Source: an uncultured Oscillospiraceae bacterium
GTDB taxonomy: Bacteria; Bacillota; Clostridia; Oscillospirales; Oscillospiraceae
Direction: 5' to 3'
Length of the DNA stretch: 64,000 nucleotides
Assembly (NCBI GenBank): GCA_947626315.1
Contig: CANQRQ010000012.1
Coordinates: forward strand, 3,458 to 67,457
The notes under the pieces were generated by a model. The model was not told the DNA's origin. It did not search any database and was given only the letters and a program-made list of their open reading frames with translations. A program made the position numbers and the translations under genes. Shown in pieces: positions 29,322-39,590 of the stretch (position 1 is the first letter of the stretch; each line of letters begins with the position of its first letter).

Positions 29322-31517
29322 ATGGCAAAAGCAAAGGATCTGGTCATTGTTGAATCGCCTGCCAAGGCCAAGACCATTGAGAAATACCTGGGGGGAGACT
29401 TCCGGGTCACCGCCTCCATGGGGCATCTGAGAGATCTGCCCAAGAGCAAAATGGGCGTGGATATAGAAAACGGCTTCGAGCCCCAGTATGTCCCGGTGCG
29501 GGACAAAAAGGACCTGATCGCCCAGCTGAAAAAGGAGGCCAAGAGCGCCAAGACCGTCTACCTGGCCACGGACCCTGACCGGGAGGGCGAGGCGATCTCC
29601 TGGCATCTGAAGGAGCTGCTGGAGCTGCCGGACGGCAAGGCCAAGCGGGTCACCTTCAACGAGATCACCAAAAGGGTGGTCACGGAGAGCATCCAGCACC
29701 CCCGGGAGATCGACCAGAACCTGGTGGACGCCCAGCAGGCCCGCCGGATTTTGGACCGGATCGTGGGCTACAAGCTCTCCCCGCTGCTGTGGCGCAAGAT
29801 CAAAACCGGCCTCTCCGCCGGACGGGTCCAGTCCGTGGCCACGCGGATGGTGGTGGACCGGGAGGAGGAGATCCAGGCCTTTCAGAGCGAGGAGTTCTGG
29901 CATCTGGACGCCCACCTGAGCCGGACCGGCGAGGAGGGGGGCTTTGTGGCCCGCTACCACGGCCAGGGGGACAAAAAGCAGGAGCTGAAGAGCCGGGAAG
30001 AGGTGGACGCGGTGATCGCCGCCGTGCAGGACGCAGCCTTTACGGTCAGCGCCGTGAAGCGGGGCGAGAAGCAGCGGACCCCGGCACCGCCCTTTATCAC
30101 CTCCACGCTGCAGCAGGAGGCCTCCCGCCGCCTGAGCATGACCCCCCGGCGCACCATGTCCATCGCCCAGCAGCTGTATGAGGGCGTGGAGATCAGCGGC
30201 CGGGGCAGCGTGGGCCTGATCACCTATATGCGGACCGACTCTCTGCGTCTGTCCGAGGAGGCGCTGAGCGCTGCCCGGGCCTTTATCACGGAGCGCTACG
30301 GCCCCCGCTTCTGCCCGGCCCAGCCCCGCCGCTTCAAGACCAAGGCCGGGGCCCAGGACGCCCACGAGGCCATCCGGCCCACGGACGTGAACCTGACGCC
30401 GGAGGCGGTGCGCAAGGACCTGAGCCAGGAGCAGTACCGGCTGTACCGGCTGATCTGGGGCCGCTTCACCGCCTGCCAGATGGCAAACGCGGTCTATGAC
30501 AACGTGGCTGTGGACGTGAGCGCCGCGGACCATGTGTTCAAAGCCAACTATTCGGAGCTGAAATTCCCGGGCTACACGGCAGTGTACGAGGAGGCCCGGG
30601 ACGAGGAGAGCGACGAGCTGAAAAACCCGCTGCCTTCCCTCAGCCAGGGGGAGCGGCTGAAGCTGGAGAAGCTGGTCCCGGACCAGCAGTTCACCCAGCC
30701 CCCCGCCCGGTACACGGAGGCCACCCTGATCCGGGCCATGGAGGAGAAGGGCATCGGCCGCCCCTCCACCTACGCTCCCACCATCTCCACCATCACCGCC
30801 CACGACTATGTGATCAAAGAGGGGAAATATCTGCGGCCCACGCCCCTGGGCCAGGTGGTCACGGGGCTGATGAAGGAGCACTTCGCCGACATTGTGGATC
30901 TGAAATTCACCAACCACATGGAGGCGGAGCTGGACGAGATCGAAAACGGCAAGGCCCGGTGGCGGGACGTGCTGGAGGATTTCTATCAGGATTTCAATCA
31001 GGAATTTGAGGCGGCGGAGAGCGCCATGGACGGGGTCCGGCTCAAGGTGCCGGATGTGCTCAGCGACGAGTACTGCGAGGTCTGCGGAAGGCAGATGGTG
31101 GTGAAGAAGGGCCGCTTCGGCTACTTCCTGGCCTGCCCCGGCTTCCCGGACTGCACCTTTACCAAGCCTATCGTGGTGGAAATGCCGGGCAAATGCCCCA
31201 AATGCGGCGGCCGCATCCTCAAGCGCACTTCCAAAAAGGGCTATGTGTTCTACGCCTGCGAACGGGGGACGGACTGCGGCTTCATCACCTGGGATGTGCC
31301 CACCAAGGACTACTGCCCCGCCTGCGGCAAGACCCTGTTCAAGCGCAGCGGCCGGGGGCCGCTGAAGTCCTTCTGCATCAACGAGGCCTGCCCAAACTTC
31401 GTCCCGGAGGAGAAGCGGGTCTACCAGAAAAAGAGCGGCGCCGCCGCCAAAAAGCCGGCGGCCCGGAAGAGCGCCGCCAGGAAGCCGGCGGCCAGAAGCG
31501 CCGGAGCAAAGGAATAG
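29322..31517 (+). CDS. topA: DNA topoisomerase I
   Basis: TOPRIM domain LVIVESPAKAKTIEKYLG, the active-site region ITYMRTDS, and C-terminal CxxC zinc ribbons. Confidence 0.97.
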   Translation: MAKAKDLVIVESPAKAKTIEKYLGGDFRVTASMGHLRDLPKSKMGVDIENGFEPQYVPVRDKKDLIAQLKKEAKSAKTVYLATDPDREGEAISWHLKELLELPDGKAKRVTFNEITKRVVTESIQHPREIDQNLVDAQQARRILDRIVGYKLSPLLWRKIKTGLSAGRVQSVATRMVVDREEEIQAFQSEEFWHLDAHLSRTGEEGGFVARYHGQGDKKQELKSREEVDAVIAAVQDAAFTVSAVKRGEKQRTPAPPFITSTLQQEASRRLSMTPRRTMSIAQQLYEGVEISGRGSVGLITYMRTDSLRLSEEALSAARAFITERYGPRFCPAQPRRFKTKAGAQDAHEAIRPTDVNLTPEAVRKDLSQEQYRLYRLIWGRFTACQMANAVYDNVAVDVSAADHVFKANYSELKFPGYTAVYEEARDEESDELKNPLPSLSQGERLKLEKLVPDQQFTQPPARYTEATLIRAMEEKGIGRPSTYAPTISTITAHDYVIKEGKYLRPTPLGQVVTGLMKEHFADIVDLKFTNHMEAELDEIENGKARWRDVLEDFYQDFNQEFEAAESAMDGVRLKVPDVLSDEYCEVCGRQMVVKKGRFGYFLACPGFPDCTFTKPIVVEMPGKCPKCGGRILKRTSKKGYVFYACERGTDCGFITWDVPTKDYCPACGKTLFKRSGRGPLKSFCINEACPNFVPEEKRVYQKKSGAAAKKPAARKSAARKPAARSAGAKE

Positions 31518-31520
31518 AGC

Positions 31521-32846
31521 ATGGAGAGAGTGACTGTTTTAGGCGCGGGCCTGGCCGGCAGCGAGTGCGCCTGGCAGCTGGTCCGGCGGGGCGTGCCGGT
31601 GCGGCTGGTGGAGATGAAGCCGGGGAAAATGAGCCCCGCCCACGTCTCCCCCTACTTCGGGGAGCTGGTCTGCTCCAACTCCCTGCGCAGCGACGAGCTG
31701 ACCAACGCCGTGGGCCTGCTGAAGGCGGAAATGCGGAAAATGGGCTCGCTCATTATGGAGAGCGCGGACCTGAACCGGGTGGCCGCCGGGGGCGCCCTGG
31801 CCGTGGACCGGGAGGGCTTTGCCCGGCACATCACCCAGCGGCTGGAGAGCTGCGACCTGGTGGAGGTCGTCCGGGAGGAGGCCGCCGCCATCCCCGAAGG
31901 GGAGGTGGTGGTGGCCACCGGCCCTTTGAGCAGTGACGCCATTGCCGACTGCATCGCCGCCCTCTGCGGCGGCGAGGGGCTGCACTTCTATGACGCGGTG
32001 GCCCCCATCGTCACCCTGGAGAGCGTGGATATGGACAGCGCCTACTTCGCCTCCCGCTACGACAAGGGGACGGCGGATTATGTAAACTGCCCCATGGACC
32101 GGGAGGAGTACCTGGCCTTCGTGACAGAACTGGTCTCCGCCAAGGAGGCGGAGGTCCACGGCTTTGACGACGGCGGCGTGTTCGAGGGCTGCATGCCGGT
32201 GGAGGTGATGGCCCGGCGGGGGGTGGACACCCTGCGCTACGGCCCCCTGAAGCCGGTGGGCCTCCGGGATCCCCGCACGGGGCAGGAGAGCTACGCGGTG
32301 GTGCAGCTCCGGCGGGACAACGCCGAGGGCAGCCTGTACAACATGGTGGGCTTTCAGACCCATCTGACCTGGGGCGAGCAGAGAAGGGTGTTCTCCATGA
32401 TCCCGGCGCTGAAAAACGCGGAGTTTGTCCGCTACGGAGTCATGCACCGGAACACCTATCTGGACAGCCCCCGGCTGCTGGACCGGTATTACCGGCTGCG
32501 CAGCCAGCCGCGGATCAGCTTTGCCGGGCAGATGACCGGCGTGGAGGGCTATGTGGAGTCCGCCGCGTCGGGCATGCTGGTGGGCATTGAGACGGCGGCC
32601 CGGGTCCTGGGCCTGCCGGCGGTGGACTTCCCCAAGGAGACGGCCATCGGCGCCCTGGGGCTCTACATATCCGGCGGCAGCGTGGGGGATTTCCAGCCCA
32701 TGAACATCAACTTCGGCATCATCAGCCCCCTGGAGTACCGCGTGAGAGGTAAACGGAACAAAAACGCCGAGATCTCCCGGCGTTCACTGGAGATCATTGA
32801 CAGCTTGCTTGACAGGGAGGTATTTCGCCGTGCGGATCATATTTGA
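31521..32846 (+). CDS. trmFO: Methylenetetrahydrofolate-tRNA-(uracil-5-)-methyltransferase TrmFO
   Basis: VTVLGAGLAGSECAWQL FAD motif, 441 aa, and the position after topA seen in Firmicutes. Confidence 0.9.
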   Translation: MERVTVLGAGLAGSECAWQLVRRGVPVRLVEMKPGKMSPAHVSPYFGELVCSNSLRSDELTNAVGLLKAEMRKMGSLIMESADLNRVAAGGALAVDREGFARHITQRLESCDLVEVVREEAAAIPEGEVVVATGPLSSDAIADCIAALCGGEGLHFYDAVAPIVTLESVDMDSAYFASRYDKGTADYVNCPMDREEYLAFVTELVSAKEAEVHGFDDGGVFEGCMPVEVMARRGVDTLRYGPLKPVGLRDPRTGQESYAVVQLRRDNAEGSLYNMVGFQTHLTWGEQRRVFSMIPALKNAEFVRYGVMHRNTYLDSPRLLDRYYRLRSQPRISFAGQMTGVEGYVESAASGMLVGIETAARVLGLPAVDFPKETAIGALGLYISGGSVGDFQPMNINFGIISPLEYRVRGKRNKNAEISRRSLEIIDSLLDREVFRRADHI

Positions 32847-33840
32847 CGCTATGGGCGGGGACAAGGCCCCCGCCGCCGTTGTGGAGGGGGCGGTCCGGGC
32901 CCGGAAGGAGCTGGGCGTGGACGTGACCCTGGTGGGCCGGAAGGAGGAGATCCTGTCCTGCCTTGCGGAGGCGGACCGGGACCTGGTGCAGCTGGTGGAC
33001 GCCCGGGAGGTCATCACCATGGAGGACGACCCCAGCCGGGCCACCCACAGCAAGAAGGACGCCTCCATGACCGTGGCGCTGAACCTGCTGCGGGACGGAG
33101 CCGGGGACGCGGTGGTGTCCGCCGGGAGCACCGGCGCGCTCCTCTCCGGGGCCACGCTGATCGTCCGCCGGGTGCAGGGCATCCGCCGGGCGGCTATGGC
33201 TCCGGTGCTCCCTGCCGGGGAGCACGGCGTCATGCTCATCGACTGCGGCGCCAACGTGGAGTGCACGGCGGAGTTCCTGCTCCAGTTCGCCTATATGGGC
33301 AGCTTCTATGCCCGGAAGGTCATGGGCTGCGAGAACCCCCGGGTGGGCCTGCTGAACATCGGCGCGGAGGACAGCAAGGGCGGCGAGCTCCAGAAGGAGG
33401 CGCTGGCCCTGCTCCGGCAGGCCGGCAGCGAGGGCCGGATCAACTTTATCGGCAACGTGGAGGGCACCGACGTGTTCTCCGGCGCGGTGGACGTGGTGGT
33501 GACCGACGGCTTTACCGGCAACGTCCTGCTCAAGGCCACCGAGGGCATCATCAAGGAGATGATGCGCCGGCTCAAGGGCGTGTTCTACAAGAGCGCCAAG
33601 AACAAGCTGGCCGCCGCCGTGCTGAAAAAGGACCTGGCCGTGATGAAGAAGGCCATGGACGTGAACGAGGTGGGCGGCACCGCCCTGATCGGCATCCGCA
33701 AGCCTGTGATCAAGGCCCACGGCTCCTCTGACGCCGGCAGCATCTTTGCCGCCGCCCGGCAGGCCAAGACCTTTGTAGAGGCGGACGTGATCGCCCAGAT
33801 CGAGGCAAACGTGGCCTATATGCGGCTGAAGGCAGAGTGA
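32830..33840 (+). CDS. plsX: Phosphate acyltransferase PlsX
   Basis: The GTG at 32830 has an AGGGAGG RBS 10 nt upstream; the track start at 32797 lacks one. Starts VRIIFDAMGGDKAP, the canonical PlsX N-terminus. Overlaps the trmFO end by 17 nt. Confidence 0.9.
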   Translation: MRIIFDAMGGDKAPAAVVEGAVRARKELGVDVTLVGRKEEILSCLAEADRDLVQLVDAREVITMEDDPSRATHSKKDASMTVALNLLRDGAGDAVVSAGSTGALLSGATLIVRRVQGIRRAAMAPVLPAGEHGVMLIDCGANVECTAEFLLQFAYMGSFYARKVMGCENPRVGLLNIGAEDSKGGELQKEALALLRQAGSEGRINFIGNVEGTDVFSGAVDVVVTDGFTGNVLLKATEGIIKEMMRRLKGVFYKSAKNKLAAAVLKKDLAVMKKAMDVNEVGGTALIGIRKPVIKAHGSSDAGSIFAAARQAKTFVEADVIAQIEANVAYMRLKAE

Positions 33841-33850
33841 CGGCAGGCAG

Positions 33851-34528
33851 ATGCGCAAGCTGGAAGAAAAAATCGGATACCGCTTTAAAGACAAAAGACT
33901 TCTGAAAACCGCCCTGACCCACAGTTCCTACGCCAACGAGGAGCACCCGGACAAGCCCCAGAGCTATGAGCGCCTGGAGTTTCTGGGGGATTCCATCCTG
34001 GGCCTGACGGCGGCGGAGTTCCTCTACGCCCATAAGCCGGAGCTGGCGGAGGGGCGCATGACCCGCCTGCGGGCGGAGCTGGTCTGCGAGGCCAGCCTGC
34101 ACCGGGTGGCGGAGGAGCTGGGTCTGGCGGACTATATGCGCCTGGGCAAGAGCGAGCGGAACAACGGCGTCCGGGGCCGCCGGTCCATCACGGCAGACAT
34201 GGTGGAGGCGGTGATCGCCGCCATCTACCTGGACGGAGGCTTGGAGGAGGCCAAGGGCTTTATCTACCGGACGGTACTGCGGGACGCCTGCATTGAGGAC
34301 AGCCACCGGATCGGAGACTGGAAATCCGAGCTCCAGGAGCTGGTGCAGCGCCAGAGCGGCCGGCAGATCAGCTACGAGCTCACCGGCGAGAGCGGCCCGG
34401 CCCACGACCGGCTGTTCAGCTTCCGGGTGCTGATTAACGGCGTGCCCGTGGGCGAGGGCAGCGGCCGGTCCAAAAAAGAGGCCGAGCAGCTGGCCGCCCG
34501 GATGGCCCTGGAGCGCTTGCAGGAATGA
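33851..34528 (+). CDS. rnc: Ribonuclease III
   Basis: Signature ERLEFLGDSILG plus a C-terminal dsRBD (GPAHDRLFSFRVLINGVPVGEGSGRSKKEAEQLAA). Confidence 0.95.
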   Translation: MRKLEEKIGYRFKDKRLLKTALTHSSYANEEHPDKPQSYERLEFLGDSILGLTAAEFLYAHKPELAEGRMTRLRAELVCEASLHRVAEELGLADYMRLGKSERNNGVRGRRSITADMVEAVIAAIYLDGGLEEAKGFIYRTVLRDACIEDSHRIGDWKSELQELVQRQSGRQISYELTGESGPAHDRLFSFRVLINGVPVGEGSGRSKKEAEQLAARMALERLQE

Positions 34529-35553
34529 GCGCCCGGGAACAGATCGTCCCGGTGTTTGTGCCCCATCTGGGCTGCCCCCACGCCTGTGTGTTCTGCAACC
34601 AGAGGAGCATTTCCGGGCAGAGCCGCCCCGCCGCAGCCCGGGACGTCACGGAAGCGATAGAGAGAGCAGCCGCCTTGCCCCTGAACGGGGCAAAGCGGCA
34701 ACTGGCCTTTTATGGGGGCAGCTTCACAGCCATCCCGGTCCGGGAACAGGAGGAGCTGCTGGCCGCGGCAAAGCCCTGGCTGGACCGGGGCGTGCTCAGC
34801 TCGATACGCCTGTCCACCCGGCCGGACGCGGTGGATGAGGCCTGCCTGGCCCGGCTCCGGCGCTGGGGCGTGGAGACGGTGGAGCTGGGGGCCCAGTCCA
34901 TGGATGAAGAGGTGCTGCTCCTGTCCGGCCGGGGGCACACGGCGGAAGATGTGGAGCGGGCCGCCCGGCTGGTGAAGGCGGCGGGCTTCCGGCTGATCCT
35001 CCAGATGATGACCGGCCTGCCCGGGGATACGGAAGAGAAGAGCCTGGAGACCGCCCGGCGGCTGATCGCCCTGGAGCCGGACGGGGTGCGCATCTATCCC
35101 ACGGTGATCGTCCGGGACACGGCGCTCTACCGCCTGTGGCGGGAGGGGCGCTACCGGGAGCACACGGTGGAGGACGCGGTGCGCCTGTGCGCAAAGCTCC
35201 TGCCCCTGTTCGACGGGGCGGGGATCCCCGTCATCCGCCTGGGGCTCAACCCCACGGAGGAGCTGAGCGGCGGACAGGCGGCGGGCGGCGCCTACCACCC
35301 GGCCCTGGGGGAGCTGGCGCGCAGCCGGATCTGGCGGGAGCGGGCCGAGGCGCTGCTGGCGGGCGTGGAGCCGGGCAGCCGGGTGCTGCTGGGCGTTCGG
35401 CCGGAAAAAATCTCCCAGGCTACCGGCCAGCACCGGCAGAATCTGCGCTGGCTGGAGGAGAGATTCGCCCTGGCGGAGCTGAAAATCCGGCCGGCGGCGG
35501 TGAAAAATGAGGAAATTGTGCTTCTTTCCGTTGAAAAAGCGGAAAGGACATAG
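34525..35553 (+). CDS. Radical SAM protein (Elp3-like radical SAM core without acetyltransferase domain)
   Basis: CPHACVFC CxxxCxxC cluster near the N-terminus. Its start overlaps the rnc stop (ATGA). It lies between rnc and smc. Confidence 0.75.
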   Translation: MSAREQIVPVFVPHLGCPHACVFCNQRSISGQSRPAAARDVTEAIERAAALPLNGAKRQLAFYGGSFTAIPVREQEELLAAAKPWLDRGVLSSIRLSTRPDAVDEACLARLRRWGVETVELGAQSMDEEVLLLSGRGHTAEDVERAARLVKAAGFRLILQMMTGLPGDTEEKSLETARRLIALEPDGVRIYPTVIVRDTALYRLWREGRYREHTVEDAVRLCAKLLPLFDGAGIPVIRLGLNPTEELSGGQAAGGAYHPALGELARSRIWRERAEALLAGVEPGSRVLLGVRPEKISQATGQHRQNLRWLEERFALAELKIRPAAVKNEEIVLLSVEKAERT

Positions 35554-35596
35554 TATAATAACCCAGTTAGTTTGTTTTTGATTGAGGTTTTTTCTC

Positions 35597-38500
35597 TTGT
35601 ACTTAAAAGCGATTGAAATTCAGGGGTTCAAGTCCTTCCCGGACAAGACCCGGCTGACCTTTGAAAAGAATATCACCGCCATCGTGGGACCCAACGGCTC
35701 CGGCAAGTCCAATATTGCCGACGCCATCCTCTGGGTCATGGGGGAGCAGCGGACCAAGGCCCTGCGGGGCAGCAGGATGGAGGACGTGATCTTCGGCGGC
35801 ACGGAGAAACGGGGCGCCCTGGGCTTTGCCCAGGTGTCCCTGGTGATCGACAACTCCGCCCGGATCTTTGACTCGGACAGCAGCGAGATCATGCTCACCC
35901 GCCGGTATTACCGCAGCGGGGAGAGCGAGTATTACATCAACCGGGAGTCCGTCCGGCTGAAGGACCTGAACAGCCTCCTGATGGATACGGGCCTGGGCCG
36001 GGACGGCTATTCCATCATCGGCCAGGGCCGGATCGCCGAGATCGTCTCCACCCGGAGCACCGACCGGCGGGAGGTCTTTGAGGAGGCGGCGGGCATCTCC
36101 CGCTACCGCTACCGGAAGGAGGAGGCCGAGCGGAAGCTCCAGCGCACGGAGGAGAACCTTCTGCGCATCAACGACAAGATCGAGGAGCTGGAGCTGCAGC
36201 TGGACCCCCTGAAAAAGCAGGCCGAGACCGCCCGGCGCTATCTGGTGCTGCGGGACGAACTGCGCCTGCGGGAGATTTCCCTTTGGATGGAGAATCTGGA
36301 CCGGCTCCGGGGACAGACGGAGAGCGTCCGCCTGGAGCAGGAGCAGGTCCAGCGGAACCTGGAGCAGGCGAAGGCGGAGCTGGAGGCCCTCTACGCCTCC
36401 TCCGGCGGCCTCACCGAGCGGATGCACCGGAAGGACGTGGAGAGCGAGCAGGCCCGGGAGCGGCTGTCCGCCCAGGAGGCGGCCATCGCCCAGTGCGAGG
36501 CGGCGGCGGCGGTCCTGCGCAGCCAGATCCAAAACGGGGAAGAGGGCCTGGAGCGCCTGCGGCAGGATTTTGCCCAGCAGGAGAACCGAGCCGCACAGGT
36601 CCGCGCCGGTTTGGAAGAGGGCCGGACCCGGCTGGAGGAGATCGGCCGGGCCCTGAAGGACCTGGAGGAAAAGAGCGGACGCAGTGAAAACGTGATCCAG
36701 GGCTGCCGCATGAAGCTGGCCAGCCGGGAGGCGCTGTTCAACCAGCTGACGGAGCGCGCCGCCGATCTGGCGGTGGAGGGGCGGAGTATGGACGCCCGGG
36801 TGCAGCTGCTCTCCGCCATGGAAAAAGAGTATGAGGGCTACTCCAAGGCCGTCAGGACCGTGATGCGGGAGAAGAGCCGGGGGAGCCTTAAGGGCATCCA
36901 CGCCCCGGCGGCCAACCTGGTCCGGGCGGAGGAGAACTGCGCCCTGGCCATTGAGACCGCCCTGGGCGCCGCCGGGCAGCATATCGTGGTGGACAGCCAG
37001 GAGGACGGCCGCCGGGCCATCGAGCTGCTGAAGCGGCAGGACGCCGGCCGGGCCACCTTCCTGCCCCTGGACACCATCCGGGGCAGCGTTCTGGACCAGC
37101 GGGAGATCCGGGGCCCCGGCCTGGTGGGCGTGGCCTTCCATCTGGTCCGCTTTGAGGAGAAATACCGGGAGATCTTTGCCAATCTCCTGGGGCGGACCGT
37201 GGTCACGGAGACCCTGGCGGACGCGGTGAAGCTGTCTGCCGCCAACGGAAACCGCCTGCGCATCGTCACGCTGGACGGGCAGCTCATAAACCCCGGCGGG
37301 TCCATGACCGGCGGCAGCGCCGCCAAGGGCAGCGGGATCCTCTCCCGGGCCAACGAGCTGGAGAAGCTGAAGCAGCAGCGGCAGCGCCTGGCGGAGGAAG
37401 AGAAGACCTGCGCCGCCCGCCTGGAAGAGGGCCGGGCCAATCTGGGCCGGCTCCGGGCCCAGCTGGAGCAGGCGCTGGAGAAACAGGCGGAGCTGAAAAA
37501 CGAGCGCGCCTCCCGGGAGGCCGAGGCCGGGGCCATCCGCGGCTCCGCCGCCCAGCTGGAGCAGCTGCTGGAGAGCCTGACCGGGGATGAGGAGAGCCGC
37601 CAGGCGGCCTTTGACCAAGCCCGGCGGCAGATAGAGGTATTTGAAGGGCAGCTGACTGAAAAGGAAGAGCAGCTGCAGGCGCTGCGGCAGAAGGCGGAGG
37701 AGATCCGCCGGGAGATCGACCAGATCGGCCGGAGCAAGCTGGAGCTGGAGGGCCGCCGCACCAAGGCGGAAAAGGACGCCCAGGCCCGGAACAGCCAGCT
37801 GCTGGAGCTGGAGCGGCAGGCCGCCCGGGTGGAGCAACGCCGGCTCTCCGCCCAGATGGAGGAGAAGCAGCTGCTGGACAAACTCTGGGACAGCTACGAG
37901 CTGAGCCACAGCGAGGCCCAGGCCCTCCGCCAGCCGGTGGAGAACCCCCAGAAGGCGGCCCGGACCATCGCCGAGCTCCGGCGGGAGATCGGCGCCCTGG
38001 GCACGCCGAACCTGGGCGCCATCGAGGAGCACGAGCGGGTCAGCACCCGCTACGGCTTCCTGACCGGGCAGCGGGACGACGTGGAAAAGGCCAAGGGGGA
38101 GCTGAACGGCATCATCGCCGAGCTCACCGGCGAGATGAAGGAGATCTTTGTCCAGCGCTTTCAGGAGATCGACCGCTGCTTCCGGCAGACTTTTCTGGAG
38201 CTCTTTGGCGGGGGCAAGGCGGCGCTGGTGCTGGAGGACGAGAACGACGTGCTCCAGTGCGGCATCGAGATCAAGGTTCAGCCGCCGGGCAAGGCCCTGT
38301 CCACCATCAGCCTGCTCTCCGGCGGGGAGATGGCCTTTGTGGCCATCGCGCTGTACTTTGCCATTTTGAAGGTGCGGCCCACACCCTTCTGCGTGATGGA
38401 CGAGATCGAGGCCGCCCTGGACGAGGCAAACGTGGCCCGCTACGCGGCCTATATGCGCCGGATGGCGGACAAGACCCAGTTTTTGGTGATCACCCACCGG

Positions 38501-38623
38501 CGGGGCACCATGGAGGAGGCGGACATGCTCTACGGCGTCACCATGCAGGAGAAGGGCGTCTCCACGGTGCTGGAGCTGGATCTGGAGGCCGCGCAGAAGA
38601 CCATCGAGGACGGAAGCAAGTGA
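35597..38623 (+). CDS. smc: Chromosome partition protein Smc (1,008 aa, short-armed)
   Basis: The TTG start at 35597 has a GAGGT RBS 8 nt upstream and gives MYLKAIEIQGFKSF. Walker A GPNGSGKSN, a hinge around IHAPAANLV...DAGRATFLPLD, signature LSGGE, Walker B FCVMDEIEAALD. Confidence 0.9.
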   Translation: MYLKAIEIQGFKSFPDKTRLTFEKNITAIVGPNGSGKSNIADAILWVMGEQRTKALRGSRMEDVIFGGTEKRGALGFAQVSLVIDNSARIFDSDSSEIMLTRRYYRSGESEYYINRESVRLKDLNSLLMDTGLGRDGYSIIGQGRIAEIVSTRSTDRREVFEEAAGISRYRYRKEEAERKLQRTEENLLRINDKIEELELQLDPLKKQAETARRYLVLRDELRLREISLWMENLDRLRGQTESVRLEQEQVQRNLEQAKAELEALYASSGGLTERMHRKDVESEQARERLSAQEAAIAQCEAAAAVLRSQIQNGEEGLERLRQDFAQQENRAAQVRAGLEEGRTRLEEIGRALKDLEEKSGRSENVIQGCRMKLASREALFNQLTERAADLAVEGRSMDARVQLLSAMEKEYEGYSKAVRTVMREKSRGSLKGIHAPAANLVRAEENCALAIETALGAAGQHIVVDSQEDGRRAIELLKRQDAGRATFLPLDTIRGSVLDQREIRGPGLVGVAFHLVRFEEKYREIFANLLGRTVVTETLADAVKLSAANGNRLRIVTLDGQLINPGGSMTGGSAAKGSGILSRANELEKLKQQRQRLAEEEKTCAARLEEGRANLGRLRAQLEQALEKQAELKNERASREAEAGAIRGSAAQLEQLLESLTGDEESRQAAFDQARRQIEVFEGQLTEKEEQLQALRQKAEEIRREIDQIGRSKLELEGRRTKAEKDAQARNSQLLELERQAARVEQRRLSAQMEEKQLLDKLWDSYELSHSEAQALRQPVENPQKAARTIAELRREIGALGTPNLGAIEEHERVSTRYGFLTGQRDDVEKAKGELNGIIAELTGEMKEIFVQRFQEIDRCFRQTFLELFGGGKAALVLEDENDVLQCGIEIKVQPPGKALSTISLLSGGEMAFVAIALYFAILKVRPTPFCVMDEIEAALDEANVARYAAYMRRMADKTQFLVITHRRGTMEEADMLYGVTMQEKGVSTVLELDLEAAQKTIEDGSK

Positions 38624-38659
38624 GAAAACAGGCGTTGGGACGCCGGAAGGACGGAGCCA

Positions 38660-39565
38660 ATGGGCTTTTTTGACAAGATTTTTTCAGGCCTGAGCAAGAC
38701 CCGCTCCAATCTGGAGCTGGAGGAGCTGTTTCAGGGCTATCAACCGGACAGCGAGGATTTTTACGAGGAGCTGGAGGAGCTGCTGGTGATTTCGGACATG
38801 GGCGCCGAGACCGCGGAGAAGGTGGTGGCCGCCATGCGCAAGCTCACCTGGGAGCGCCGCTTCCGCAAGGGCAGCGAGGCCCGGGAGGGCCTGATCGAGC
38901 TGCTGTGCAAAATGCTGGAGGCGGGGGATCCGGCGCTGAAGCTGGACACCAAGCCCTCTGTGATTTTGATGACCGGGGTCAACGGGGTGGGGAAGACCAC
39001 CACCATCGGCAAGCTGGCCCATCAGCTGAAAAACCAGGGGAAAAAGGTGCTCCTCTGCGCGGGAGACACCTTCCGGGCCGCCGCGGCGGAGCAGCTGGCC
39101 GTCTGGGCGGAGCGCTCCGGGGCGGATCTGGTGCGCCACGAGGAGGGCAGCGACCCGGCCGCCGTGGTCTTTGACGGGCTGAACGCCGCCAAGGCCCGGG
39201 GGGCGGACGTGGTGCTGATCGACACCGCGGGGCGGCTGCACAACAAGCAGAACCTGATGAACGAGCTGGCCAAGATCCGCCGCATCATCGGCCGGGAGCT
39301 GCCGGAGGCGGACGTGGAGTCCCTCATGGTGCTGGACGCCACCACCGGCCAGAACGGGCTGATCCAGGCCCGGCAGTTTCTGGAGGTCTCCGGCGTCACC
39401 GGCATCATCCTGACCAAGCTGGACGGCACCGCCAAGGGCGGCATCGTCTTCGCCATCAGCCAGGAGCTGAAGCTGCCGGTGAAGTATGTGGGCGTGGGCG
39501 AGGGGATGGAAGATCTGCTGCCCTTTGACGCCCGGGATTTTGTGCAGGCCCTGTTCAAAGCATAA
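38660..39565 (+). CDS. ftsY: Signal recognition particle receptor FtsY
   Basis: NG domain with GVNGVGKTTTIGKLA, DTAGRLH and TKLDGTAKGG. Confidence 0.95.
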   Translation: MGFFDKIFSGLSKTRSNLELEELFQGYQPDSEDFYEELEELLVISDMGAETAEKVVAAMRKLTWERRFRKGSEAREGLIELLCKMLEAGDPALKLDTKPSVILMTGVNGVGKTTTIGKLAHQLKNQGKKVLLCAGDTFRAAAAEQLAVWAERSGADLVRHEEGSDPAAVVFDGLNAAKARGADVVLIDTAGRLHNKQNLMNELAKIRRIIGRELPEADVESLMVLDATTGQNGLIQARQFLEVSGVTGIILTKLDGTAKGGIVFAISQELKLPVKYVGVGEGMEDLLPFDARDFVQALFKA

Positions 39566-39590
39566 AACGGCCTGCGAGAAGGAGAGAGGA

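Noticed and set aside
28122-30917. 931-aa minus-strand ORF antisense to dprA/topA. Similar giant antisense ORFs lie at 35603..38497 (antisense smc), 41467..43737 (antisense leuS) and 57760..60954 (antisense adhesin).
   Set aside because: They overlap genes with unambiguous conserved motifs on the other strand. Their translations are Gly/Arg/Pro/Ala-rich low-complexity sequence with no motifs and no RBS. Long stop-free antisense frames are expected in GC-rich coding DNA.
32797-32846. Overlap of trmFO and the tracked plsX ORF as a possible fusion or frameshift site.
   Set aside because: The frames differ. A GTG at 32830 with a good AGGGAGG RBS yields the canonical PlsX N-terminus, leaving only an ordinary 17-nt overlap.
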